64,000 bases of DNA from Lama guanicoe. Its lineage: Eukaryota. The DNA lies in assembly GCA_013239625.1 (NCBI GenBank), contig MU054187.1:7722358-7786357 (forward strand), in the 5' to 3' direction. Positions 1-11,830 of the stretch are shown here, in pieces (position 1 is the stretch's first letter; each line of letters begins with the position of its first letter). The translations under genes and the position numbers were made by a program. The notes under the pieces were generated by a model that worked only from the letters and a program-made list of their open reading frames with translations, searched no databases and had not been told where the DNA came from.

Positions 1-2899
1 CGCACAAGTATAATAGGGAACTTCTGAATACAAAAAGTTTTTGGGACTCGAAGACATGGAATTGTAATCATGGGATAATAGGCTTTGGTGCAAGGAGACC
101 CATTTGGGACTTTACAAATAGGCAGCACTCACTCCACCCTCAGATGAGGCTTTTTTTATAGGGGAATACATAAATATAAAAATTCCATAAGGTAGCGACT
201 AGGGAAGTTCACAATCTGAATTTCAACAACTTTATTGAAATAGCTCTTTGCAAGCAGAGCTATCCCACATTATAAAGTGTGATAGATGACACTGAAGGAA
301 ACAGTAAAGCTAATGCTTCTGGGAAGTGTTTTTTTCTTTTCTTTCCTAATTCTCAGGTTATTATTTCCCTACATCACACAGTCTTTTAGATCATGGACTA
401 CTGAGATCAGATTTTTCACGAAGTGAGTTTAAACCCCTGTTTTTCGAAGGGCTCACGTTTTATGGGTGTGAAAAATAGTGCAGATGCTTGATTCACGCTC
501 TGTGAAAACCCTGATTTCCTATGCAGAGCCCAATGTGTATAAACTGAGGAGGCTGGACAATGATCAAGACATCAAACCTTTCATCAAGTTTCTTTCAAGT
601 GAATTTCTTAAGCAGTTGCTCACCCACCATTTGCCATAGAGTAGAATATACTTCATTCAAAAGGGTTATTTCAACATCTGCATGATTCCAGAAATCCTGA
701 AGAAATGAGAAAAATTCAGCCAAGTATCCTGATGCCTTGGTTCACCTCTTAGCAAAGACTTCAGTAACTGAAGGCGTAAGGATTTTTGTCTTTACATCTT
801 TATTCATTGAATCATAAGGCTGCAATGAACTCTGGATATGGTGTAATCTCTTCTCTGGCCACTGGTCTAAACAGTGGCCCAATGAAGGGCTTCATCATTT
901 CCACCTCTTTCCCTATATTTTATTTTCATGAGCTGTCTTCACATAGGAGGCTCTAGAATGCTACACAGCAGTCATAAAACAAGCAGGTAATTTAATATCC
1001 CACCTCCAAGTCTTCTGCAATGGCAGCATTTCAGCAAGAAAGGAGAATTTCATGCTTCACCTTCTGCTCTCATTCCTCTGACCTAAAGGGCACTGACTCC
1101 AACGTCTGCTGCTTCATTTTGAGCTGCAGGATTATATTTGAACAAACAGTGATTTTCTTCCCTTGACTGAGCCTCGACTTGTCTGCTTTTTTTCAAGTAA
1201 ACTAAAGGAAATTAAGATCACTTTGCTACTAAAAGGATAAATGGGCAAGAGAGATATCTTTCTGGTGTTAGGAAATATTTGCAGGGATCATCTGTGCCCC
1301 AGGACCCATTTGGATTTACCTTATCCCCTGCAAAAGAGAAAGTGTTGTCAGCTGTCATAGCTAAGAATAAGCTGTCTATATAGCTAAGAAAATAGCTACA
1401 AAACCTTGATATTTTCAGCAAATATACATAATTGAAGATGCTGAGAGCTATCCGGAATGTTTTATTAACCTTTGAATCACAGAAGGATTTTTTTTCACTG
1501 CATACAATACAATAAGAGTAAACAAACAAAACAACCAAATAAAGTACTCAAGAACTCTGAGTTCCCAACCCTTGTTTTTTCAATGTGTCCTAATTTGATG
1601 ATGGTGACTTAATCCTTGGTAGACAGTAACTTTTTGAGTGCTCTTCTATCTTGGTATCCACTTAAATGCTCCATGAAAACTACTGAATGTGCTTTCAAGA
1701 ATCTTACACACTAAAATAATTCCAACATACTAATTTTTTTTAAGGATGCACAAATAAAAGAGAGTACTTATTAAGTATCAATGAAGATTCTGGAATAGCA
1801 AATATCACTTATGGACTCTAGTAATTAAAGGCCATCGGTTTCAAGATGGCGGTGCTTAATTGGAGTCTACAACATTCAGTTTGATCATACCTTCCTTCTT
1901 AACTCTTCCATTGAGAAGTAATGAGTGGGTTCAGAAGCCCAAGCAGAGAAAAGGAAATTTAAATTTATCAGATGTCTGCCATGTTTTAGGTACTTTACAT
2001 ATATCAAGATATTGATATTGATATTGATATTTCTCATTGTAAAAGCAAATGAAGGAAATGTGTGCATTAATCCAAATAATCCTAGTGATTCAAGAACCAC
2101 AAGACAAAATGGGGAAAGGAGGTAACTTAATTTATGACAAAGCCTTGGTAGCTATTTTGAAAAAAAAGGTGATGGATCTGAGCAATGACTGGCATGATGC
2201 TTGGGACTAGCAAGCTCTGGTTCCATGGTCAGCCCTCCCCCAGCCAACTGTGAAGAAGGCAGCCTGGTGGAAGAAGAAAGTAAGATAAGTAAGATCTAAG
2301 CTTTCAGACACTCCTTAACCTGTTCCTCTTCTTGAAAATATGTTCTATTCCAACTGCTATCTTTACTTCTTAACCACACATCCTCTTCTGTTTTTGGTAA
2401 AAGGCACATTTTACTTTATCATTTGGTTACAGGTCAAATAGTTCAAAAGAGCTTATGAAGAAGTTCTCCTACACATCAACTCTATTCTTACTTTGTGACC
2501 TTTTTTTGTGTCTGCTGTTACCTTCATTGGTTATATGCTCATAATTTTAAATAATATGGTTATACTCTAATTTCTTGAGTTTTGAATACCGTACAGTCCT
2601 GTGATACCACATTATGCAAGATAAAGACTTAACTCACATAAACTATCAATGTGGTGAGACTGGCAGGTGATTTCCATTCCTCATACTGATATTAAGGTTA
2701 CAATAACCTCGTTAATGGGTTCCCCCCTTTAATATAAATATAATATAAAAGATATTCACCTTTAGACTTTGGTGGAACTAATCTGTAAAAACATCTATTT
2801 CAACTTATTTTACAGTTAGAGGACATTTAAGGCTTTCTCATTCTTCCTAAACCAGTGGTACATTATATACGACTAGGATTTTGTTCATTTCACAAAAAG

Positions 2900-3600
2900 T
2901 GTCAAGTTTATTGGCAAAAAACCCTCAGAAGTTTCTCTTATGCATTAGTATCTTTGTAATTTCTATTGTATCTGAACTATTTCATCCCTAATTTCATTTA
3001 TTATTATTTTTTTTCCCTCTGGAAGAACATAGTTAAGATTTCCCCCGCTTTATTAGTCTTTTTAAAAGTAGTTTTAGTTGATCTTCTGTATTGAATCTTT
3101 GGTTTTATTTACATTCACTGATGGGCACTTTTAACTTATTTTCCTTCTTTTTACTTTAAAACTTTTAAAACTGGAAACCTATTACTTTTCAGCCTTTCTC
3201 TTTTTTAATGTAAGAGTTTTAAAAGTAAATTTTCCTCTCTATATTGTTGCTACTATATGGCACAACTTTTGATATGCTTATTATATCAAAAGTTATCTTT
3301 CAGTTATAAAATTACAGTTTGATTATTATAATTTCATTTATATTTCCATCATTATTTCTTCTCTGACCATGGGTTATATGTGTTTTGTAACAATTTCCAA
3401 ATGTATATAGTGCTTTAAGATTCCTTGTTGTTCTTGATTTATTAGAATTGTGATCAGAATATATGACTGGAGTGTTAGCAATTCTTGGAATTTTTTTGAA
3501 TATTGCTTTGTAGTCTTTATGACAATCAATTTTGGTAAATGTGTCAGGTTTTCTTGAGAAAATATGAATTCTCCACTTGCTGAGTATAGTTAGATCATGC
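2900..3600 (-). mobile_element. Old, decayed L1 fragment (ORF2 endonuclease region)
   Basis: The minus-strand ORF 3312-3704 contains RIHIFSRKPDTFTKIDCHKDYKAIFKKIPRIANTPVIYSDHN, which resembles the L1 ORF2 endonuclease C-terminal block (YTFFS..HGTFSKIDH...IFSDHN). The T-rich plus strand is typical of antisense L1. Left boundary approximate. Confidence 0.75.
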
Positions 3601-3879
3601 TGGTTACTTGTGTTGACGTTCACCACTACTCCAGACAAACCAGGCTGCTCTGACAGTGGAGGGGAAGGGAGAATGGAGGATGAAGGAGGAAGATGCCGGC
3701 TCACAGGGAAAGACCAGTGTCAAATGTTAATCTTAAAGAATGTAATAAAACAGAGTTTCTGGTATTTTATTTTAAAAGTAAAGTAGGCTTCAGCGTGAGT
3801 GCTCTGCTTTCAGATTAGGCTACAAATGTTCGTGGTACAAATGTACGTTACAATGTAAGACAAAGACGATGATAAAATG

Positions 3880-4100
3880 GTAATAGCTTCTTATTATACC
3901 CCATATTCCATTACGTTTAGGAATTTCTATAGACTATTTTATCTAATCCTTATGACAAATAAGTGAGGTAGAAATGACTATGATCCTTTTACAGACGCTG
4001 CTTACTTCGTATGAACTTAGCAACTTGTACCACATAACCTGGCTGGTCAGTGATGAAGGATGAGAACCACCTCTGGTCCAGCCTCAGAGCCCTTCTCTAC
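3880..4100 (-). mobile_element. MIR SINE fragment
   Basis: atctaatccttatgacaaataagtgaggtag...ttttacagac resembles the antisense MIR core. Confidence 0.6.
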
Positions 4101-6170
4101 CCCATCACCCTCATCTGTCAAGTATTTGCGAGGCTCTGTGGGTGACCCAGAAGAAAGGTGAGATTGGTTCCTGTTTTCAAGGACGCTGTAATCTTATTGG
4201 GGACACATGTCTCATGTCCTAAAATAATTAGAAAATGGGACTAGTTAGTGAAATAATAAGACGTTAACATAAAATTCATGTGTCACAGGGTATGGCACAA
4301 TGCCTGTGGTAGCCTGAGACTCTCAGAGAGGAGAGGTCATCATTACCTGCAGTTTTTAGAAAAAGTTTCAAATAAGTGGTGGGATTTCAATGGACTCAGA
4401 GAAATAGAGGTCAAATGTCCAGCTGGATGGTCCCAGTGAATGAAGCATTGGTTTATATATTCTATCTAATTTTGGCCAATAGATTGAAAACAGGGCAGGA
4501 TTTGCGTAAGTAGAGAAAAGGGAAGGGAGCCGTCTCCACCGAAGGGGCAGTGAATGGGAACAGCTCTGATGGCTGCAGCAGGGGTGTGGAGGGGCCCAGG
4601 AGCTGTGGGAGGCATGGTTCAGTGGGTTAGGTGGTGCCAAGACCTTGGTTTGAACTTGATCTGAAGGAAAATGGTGAACCGTTGTGATTTTCTTTTCCTC
4701 ATGAGGAGTGATACCAAAAATAATTTCCCTCACTCTAAATTCTGGTGAACTGGAACATTTTCTACTATCTCACCCTCTCTAATACATTTCACTGTTTCCT
4801 GACTCCCAAAGGCGGCAACATTTTGTTTTGGTTTGACTTCATTCTTCTTTATTGGAACTTAAAGCCATTCCTCTCTTGTCTCCCCTCCATGAAGGTGGAA
4901 AATCAATTCAATGTTTCTCAGTGTAGTCATAGTTTGATTTTTTAATAGGTTCTTAATTTCTGGAAAGCATTATTGGAAACTGTAGTTTTATTGATCATGG
5001 TAATAGAAATCTGATCACCCTTGTCACCTGACCTCAGTTTTCCTGTTTGAGAGAAGGTTGAGCAACACACAAACCACATGTCAATTTAGTGGAAAAAAGA
5101 AATCTGTCAAACTGATTTGGTTTCCTGTGGATTGATTCAGTTGACTGAATTTTATACATTTCAGAAAACCGGTTATTTTTATGACATGCAAATGCAGCCT
5201 AAATTTTGGTCTCAGAACTGCTGAGTTCAGGAAAGACTGCTGAAAGCTGGGAAGCCTAGGCAGGCATTTGCTTTCAGCTGTTGAACTTGCGAGGATCTGT
5301 TCCAGCTAAAACTGTGACATTGTCCGGAGAGTAATGCTGACCCACGTTAAGGTGAAAAAGTCATAGTCAATCTGATCATTCCTAGGGTGAACCAGAGTTA
5401 ATTAGGGGCTGGTGATTGGCCAGCGTTAAACAAGCAGTTCCAAAGCGAACTGAGAAATAATGCAGTTCTCCAGCTTGGGACTTCTTAACACCAAGGTGAA
5501 CCTTAGAACACGGTTCATATAAAAGTTGGTTTGCATTCAGCCAAAAAAAAAAATTTGGATGTTAGGAATTGGTAAGTGTAAGGGTGTGTCAGTTATTTCC
5601 CACCCAACACAGGGACCAGAGAATTTCCGTCTCCAGAAAAGAAAATTAACATCCATGTCCACTTAGACTTGACACAGACACTTCGTTGCATCCCAGTCTG
5701 GGAATTTGTGTTTTTGTTGCTGTTTTCTTCCAACTGACCATGAGGCACAAACCGTCCAGGCTCTGCAGCTGATGTCATCGGCAGGGGCGGGGCTGAAATC
5801 AAACAAGTTCGGAAAGCCTTCCCGCAGAGCTGCAATAGCGAAAGGCTGGTCACTAATATATTTTTGTTTTTCTTTTAAATGTCAACATTGAGCTTTCCTT
5901 GACACTGAACTTCGTATTGCTCTGTATTTCAAATTGTTTATTCCGAATCCGACACACTTGAACCTACATAGTTTTGGTGATAATTGCTGAATTTCCAAAT
6001 TAATAGGAAAACTGGCACAATACTGGATAATATCAGTTTGTTATTTGTGAAGTGCCAATTTTCTGTAATTAGGGAAAATTGTTAATTATCACTGGAACTA
6101 TTCATTAATATTTGAAAGAAAAAAGATAAAAATTAATAGAAATGCTTTTTTTTTAAGGTCTAAAAATTTT

Positions 6171-7400
6171 TTATTGAAGTATAGTTGATTTACAATGTTG
6201 TGTTAGTTTCCAGTGTACAGCAAGTGATTCAGTTATATGTATAAATGTTCTTTTCAGATTCTTTCCCATTATAGGTTATTAGAAGATATTGAATATAGTT
6301 CCCTGTGCTATACAGTAGAACCTTGTTGTTTATCTATTTTATATATGGTAGTATGTATCTGTTAATTCCAAATTCCTAATTTATCCCTCCCCCACCCCCT
6401 TTACCCTTTGGTAACTGTAAGTTTGTTTTCTATGTCTGTGAGTCTATTTCTGGTTTGTAAATTTGTTCATTTGTGTCATTTTTCTAAGATTCCACATGTA
6501 AGTGATATCATGATATTTTTCTTTCTCTGTCTGACTTACTTCACTTAGTATGATAATCTCTAAGTCCATCCATGTTGCTGCAAATTACATTATTTCATTC
6601 TTTTTTATGGCTGAGTAGTATTCCATTGTATATGTATACCACATCTTTCTCCAATTATCATGGATATCATTTAGGTTGCTTCCATGTCTTGACTACTGTA
6701 AATAATACTATTGTGAACATGGGGGTGCATGTATCTTTTCAAATGAGAGTATTCTCCAGATATATGTCCAGGGGTGGAATTGCTGGATCATATGGTAAGT
6801 CTATTGTCAGTTTTTTAAGGAATCTCCATACTGTTTTCCATGGTGGCTGCACCAAACTACATTCCCACCACAGTGTAGGAAGGTTCCCTTTTCTCCACAC
6901 CATCTCCAGCATTTATTGTGGAATTTTTAATGATAATGATTCTGACAGTGTGAGGTGACACCTCATTGTAGTTTTGATTTGCATTTCTCTGATAATTAGT
7001 GTTACTGAGCATCTTTTCATGTGTCTGTTGGCCACCTGTATGTCTCCTTTGGAGAAATGTCTATTTAGGTCTTCTGCCTATTTTTGATTGAGTTTTTTGG
7101 TTTTTTGTTACTGAGTTTTATGAGCTGTCTGCAGATTCTGGAAATTAAGCCCTTGTCAGTAGCATCATTTGCAAATATCTTCTCCCAGTCTGTAGGTTAT
7201 CTTTTCGTTTTGTTTATGGTTTCCTTTGCTGTGCAAAAACATACATTTGACTAAGCCCCATTTATTTATTTTTGCTTTTATTTCTATTGCCTTGGGAGAC
7301 TGACCTAGGAAAACTTGCTACGATTTATGTCAGAGAATGTTTTGCCTACGCTCTCTTCTAGGAGATTTATGGTGTCCTGTCTTGTGTTTAAATCTTTAAG
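6171..7400 (-). mobile_element. 5'-truncated L1 (cetartiodactyl type), ORF2 C-terminus plus 3' UTR
   Basis: Begins ttattgaagtatagttgatttacaatgttgtgttagtttc (antisense L1 3' end), followed by antisense ORF2 text such as gagaaatgtctatttaggtcttctgcc. Degenerate TSD: aaggtctaaaaatttt (6155-6170) vs aggggctaaaattttt (7401-7416), 13/16. Confidence 0.92.
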
Positions 7401-8034
7401 AGGGGCTAAAATTTTTAAAGGCTACTTGCTGACATCCCTTTGATGAATCCAGCTCTTCATATCTTATGAAACAACTGGGCAGTTGTGAGGAAAGTGGAGG
7501 TAGCATTATTTTCCTAAATTTTGTGATGGAGTGTTTAAAATGAAGGGCTTACAGATCACTTAACTAAGTACTTCCAGTGTTCAATCTCTACTTAGTCACT
7601 TAATACCAATACCTTTTTAATATCAGATCAAAGTGGCCCTGGTTTGTTAAATAAAGCACATAGTTATTTAGTGTTATGAAAAGAGGCATTTATTTGCAAG
7701 CTTTTGCCCACAGAAATGCTAATTCTCACTGTGATATCACATAATTTTAGGGAGACAATAAGCTATGAGCAACAGTGTTGAGAATGAGCTACCATTTTCA
7801 AAGTTTATAGAATGTTTCTCACAGACAGTCTTTTAAGCCTTATTTCTAGGCATGTCCTTTGACCTCACATGAAAATAAGTACAAATGTAGTCGATGTTCG
7901 AAAGCTCTTAAATCTAATAATTTTTTTGTTTCAAGAAGTTTAAAATATGTGCTTATTAACAGCAAGGAATATCAGAAAAATAATAAACTTTTTTTTCGCC
8001 AATGAGTGTTTAAAAAAATCATTATGAGATAGTG

Positions 8035-8200
8035 ATTTATTCATTTATTCAATAAATATTTGCTGAGCCTCTACCCTGAGAAAGGTATTTGGGTAGCTGT
8101 AGGAAAGTACAGTGTTGTTGGACAAGATGGATCAAAAGGAAGAAAGGAAAGTTGGTAAAGAAAGCTGGTTGAGGCTGAGATGAGCTTTTCTGCAGGGGAA
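8035..8200 (-). mobile_element. L2 3' end fragment
   Basis: ttattcatttattcaataaatatttgctgagc is the antisense L2 tail motif. Confidence 0.6.
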
Positions 8201-8994
8201 AGACCATAAAGACTGAGCAATTCAAGTGATGCCAATGAATTTAGGGTCAGGAAGCAGGTAAACACAGAATCAGAGAACCAGTGAGAATGAGAAGCTGAGA
8301 AATTGGAAAAAAAATGTTCTTGGCTGAATGGAGCTGTGGACATAATTCAGTTCGATTCAGAGGAGTATTGATTGAATTCCTACTAGGTGTTGAATGGAGT
8401 CCACACAGATTTTTGAAAACTTAGGAGAAATTGGTGAGCACATGATATTTTACCTGTGATGTCAAATATTCTCTCTCCTTTGTATTAGATAGTGGTACCA
8501 ATGATTTAATGTCAGTGCTATGGGACTTCAGACAATATTTTGCAACTTAAGACATTCAAAGAATGAATAGTATCTTTTATTGAGAAGGGATCTTAGATCT
8601 AATTTAATCTAGCATGCAACCCCATGTTGAAATCCCTGGGGACACTTACTTTAGGGAAGGTGACACTTTTATAAGATCACATTGGATTCCTGAAGGAGAA
8701 GGGGCTTGCAGTCACTCTGTGTTATTCCAACCTGGAAGCAGCAGTCTGGAGAGACAGCCGTGGTACCTTCCTTATCTGATGGATTTTCCTGCCCTGTTAC
8801 CCTAGCTTTGTCCCACTGGGATCAAGTTCTAGTTTGACTGTATCTTTCTCAATTGCAATCAGAAATTAATGCAATTTCCAGATGTGCCCTGATCAGGAAC
8901 AGTCCAGGGAGAGCTGCTTAGGTTGTCTCACCCCAGCTCATACTTTTTAAGATTTATGAGCTGTCTGGCTCTAAGAAAAACCCCACTGGGCTTC

Positions 8995-9420
8995 TGCATC
9001 AGTCCATCAGGGTTCCTAGCTGTAAGCAACAGAAACTTACTGAGGAGAAAAGAAGTTTACTAAAAAAGATGTTGGATAGTTTACAAAATCTCCACCTGGG
9101 CCAGAGAACTAGCCTCAAAGTTTATGCAGCCAGGAATGAAGCCCAAGGTCACGCCCCAAAGTGTCCTCTGGTGGAGAGAGCACTGCCACTGGGCACTGTG
9201 TCTTGGAGCTCAACTTCCCACCCCACCGAAGCCTGGAGCTGCCCCTAGAATCACCGCAGCCACTGCCTGGATGTTGAGAGCGGCTACCCAACTGGTCCTA
9301 GCCAAGCTCTCAGCTTGACTTACTCGGCAGAGATAATCTTCTCTTACCTGTGCCAAATCAAAGCAGAATTCTCTAAGTATAGTCAGAGAGTTCAGAAGCC
9401 GGGCAAGCCAACAAGACCAA
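8995..9420 (-). mobile_element. MaLR MLT1-family LTR remnant
   Basis: cagtccatcagggttcctagctgtaagcaacagaaac resembles the reverse-complemented MLT1 3' terminus. Confidence 0.55.
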
Positions 9421-9949
9421 CAAAATTATCCTGGTGCCCCCTTACCTACTTACTTTATGCCTTCTCATCTTAGACTTATGCAGACACCAAAATTCTCTGT
9501 ACCTTGGTTACTTTCCTAAGATGTCCTGCGGTAGGCAGGGAATTAAATGCTTTCATTTCTAAAGAGTACATTTTCTTACTAGTTTACATACAGACTTCAT
9601 GCAGGAGTAAAAGCATCCAGGACGTTACCTTTAAAAGTAAGTAAGTGATAATGACAGCACAGTATTTAAGATTTACCGTGTTCAGCCTCTGTGGGTAACC
9701 AGAGGTCATCGGTCTTCCACGTGCTCAGAAATCATCAATGGAAGAGACAGCGGAATTGTAATGGTTTGAGCAGCATCGCACTGGGGAAACTTTATTTATT
9801 TAGGAGATGAGAGTTTACAGCCTCTTTCCCTTCAACCCTGGCCATGCATCATTAGATCCACAGGACAAAATATAATCATATGAAATATGGGATGCACTTA
9901 GTTATATAGCTTTTTTACAACACTATCCCAGGTTTGTAATGATAGACTT

Positions 9950-10215
9950 AGATAATAATCGTAATATAAAATTCACTGAGTGCTCATGGCACGGCAAGAC
10001 ATCATTCTGAGTCTTTACGTGAACTGACTTACGTAATTCATAACGGCCCTAAGAAGAAAGGCTGTTCTTACTCCACTTTGCGTATGAGGACATTGAAGCA
10101 GAGAGAGCAAGTTACCCACCCAGGGTTCCACATCTCATATGTGGCCAGAGCCAGGTTGGAAGCCAGACAGTCTGACCCCAAAGCCCGTAGCTGGACCCAC
10201 TCAGCCTGGCTGCCT
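9950..10215 (-). mobile_element. MIR SINE
   Basis: ttcactgagtgctcatggcacggc...atgaggacattgaagcagagagag...gccagacagtctgaccccaaagccc follows the antisense MIR layout. Confidence 0.75.
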
Positions 10216-11769
10216 GTTAGAAAATCAAACACAGTGATGCTGTCCGGTTTCTCTCCCGTGGGTCAGAAGTAGCATTTTTGCAGTAAAGGTGCTTTGGCTC
10301 CGGTGGTTGGCACTTCTCAGCTGAAATAAGAAGTCGTTTGACTGTCACCGGTACAGAAAAATATCGGCCTTTTTTTTTCCCCTCTCGGTCCAATCCCAAA
10401 TGCAGGCAGCGATGTGACTACCCAGTGTGAAAAATATTCCAAACATCTCAGCTGATAAATTCTAATGGCGCTCCGATGCCTTTTGTGACTTTGTTCAGAT
10501 TCGTTTAGCGCACCAAGCATGAACTGCTTAAATCTTTCACATATAACCATTCTATTGCCTATTAATTAGAACCGTCTTTTAATTGCATTGGTGTTTCAGA
10601 ATTAAGTCAATATAGTTACAGGGATTGAATCCCCTGAAGGAAAAATTTCTTTTTATAGGAAGCAAGCAATGTTAAAAACAACAGAAGCAGCAAACAATAA
10701 AACTCCCCATAACATCTCCAAACACCCCCACAAAAATCTCCCTAAATCATTTGAGGGCAAAACTCCATTTTCCCAGCTGCAGATTAAAATACACTTGATA
10801 CTAAACCTCCCTCCACATCCCTGCTGTGTTGTGATGTCGTTAAATGTGTTCTTTCTGTGTCTTCAGCTCCCTTTTTTAAAACTTATTTCCCCTCCCCCCT
10901 GCATGAGGTAGCCCGTGCCCCTCTTCTGTTTACAGACTCCTCCGCCAAAACAGAAGATCGCACATCGGTCTTTTCCATCTGATGGATTGGTTCTATTTTT
11001 TTTTTTCACTGATGAAACATTACCTCATCCAAGTATTTGCATTTTGGGTCATTTTCGCTCTCACTGTCTAAAGGAGCGTCAGCTATTGACAAAGGTTGGG
11101 GAAATTTGAGGCAAGGCAGGGAGGGCTGAAATCATTCGGAGGTCCTGAAGGTAGACTTGGTTTAACATTTGCGGGGAGGTGTTGAAGTTGGGCAGTGGAA
11201 ACGTTTGTCACTTTTCTCCCTGGCCTGCCAGAGGGACAAAGGGATGGTTGGCAGAGATGGACAGAGACTCGGCACTGGGTTGCTGGTTGGTCTGGGCTTC
11301 CATTCCCCCTGCCCACACTGGGCCCCCGCCAGGTCCATTCCCATTACATGCGCATCCCCTTGCTGCCCCCACCTCAGCCACACCCCCAGTTCTCCCTCGC
11401 TGTCACCAAAACTGCCCGGAGTACCAATCCTGGTTGCCATTCCAGGTTATTTTGGTGAATGTCATGAAATCTGTTATGACACCTCTTCATTTGTGGACGT
11501 AGGACTCTATTCGATGCAGCTCGGATCAGGCTGCCTTGAAAAATCATTCTACAAACACCCTCACCCAGCGATCTATGGCCTATATTTCAAGGAGTATTAG
11601 CTCCTTGCTCTCTGGAGTTCTGAGTCAGGCTTTTTATAGTTCACATAACCTAGATTTGTGAGTCACTCTGTACAATAAATAGCACTCCCACTGCTGCCCC
11701 GAGTCTGGGAACCAACGCCAGGTGTCGGGGCTGTTGACGTCGCTGCTTGCTGACAACAAACGTGTCATC

Positions 11770-11830
11770 GACTTTGTCCGAAGCCTCAGTTTCCTCATCT
11801 CTACAGTGAGAGGCTTAGATGGGTTGGTAG
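11770..11830 (+). mobile_element. MIR core fragment
   Basis: aagcctcagtttcctcatctctacagtgag matches the MIR core. Confidence 0.65.

Noticed and set aside
1..330. Possible old LTR remnant at the window start
   Set aside because: Only a vague resemblance; could not assign family or boundaries.
330..362. Polypyrimidine-CAG|GT as a recursive splice site
   Set aside because: The regenerated donor GTTATT is weak and the transcript strand is unknown.
6572..6958. 128-aa plus-strand ORF
   Set aside because: Antisense reading of an L1 ORF2 end, a common spurious ORF.
11169..11600. 143-aa ORF and overlapping ORFs
   Set aside because: No recognisable domain or splice context; ORFs in several frames reflect GC richness.
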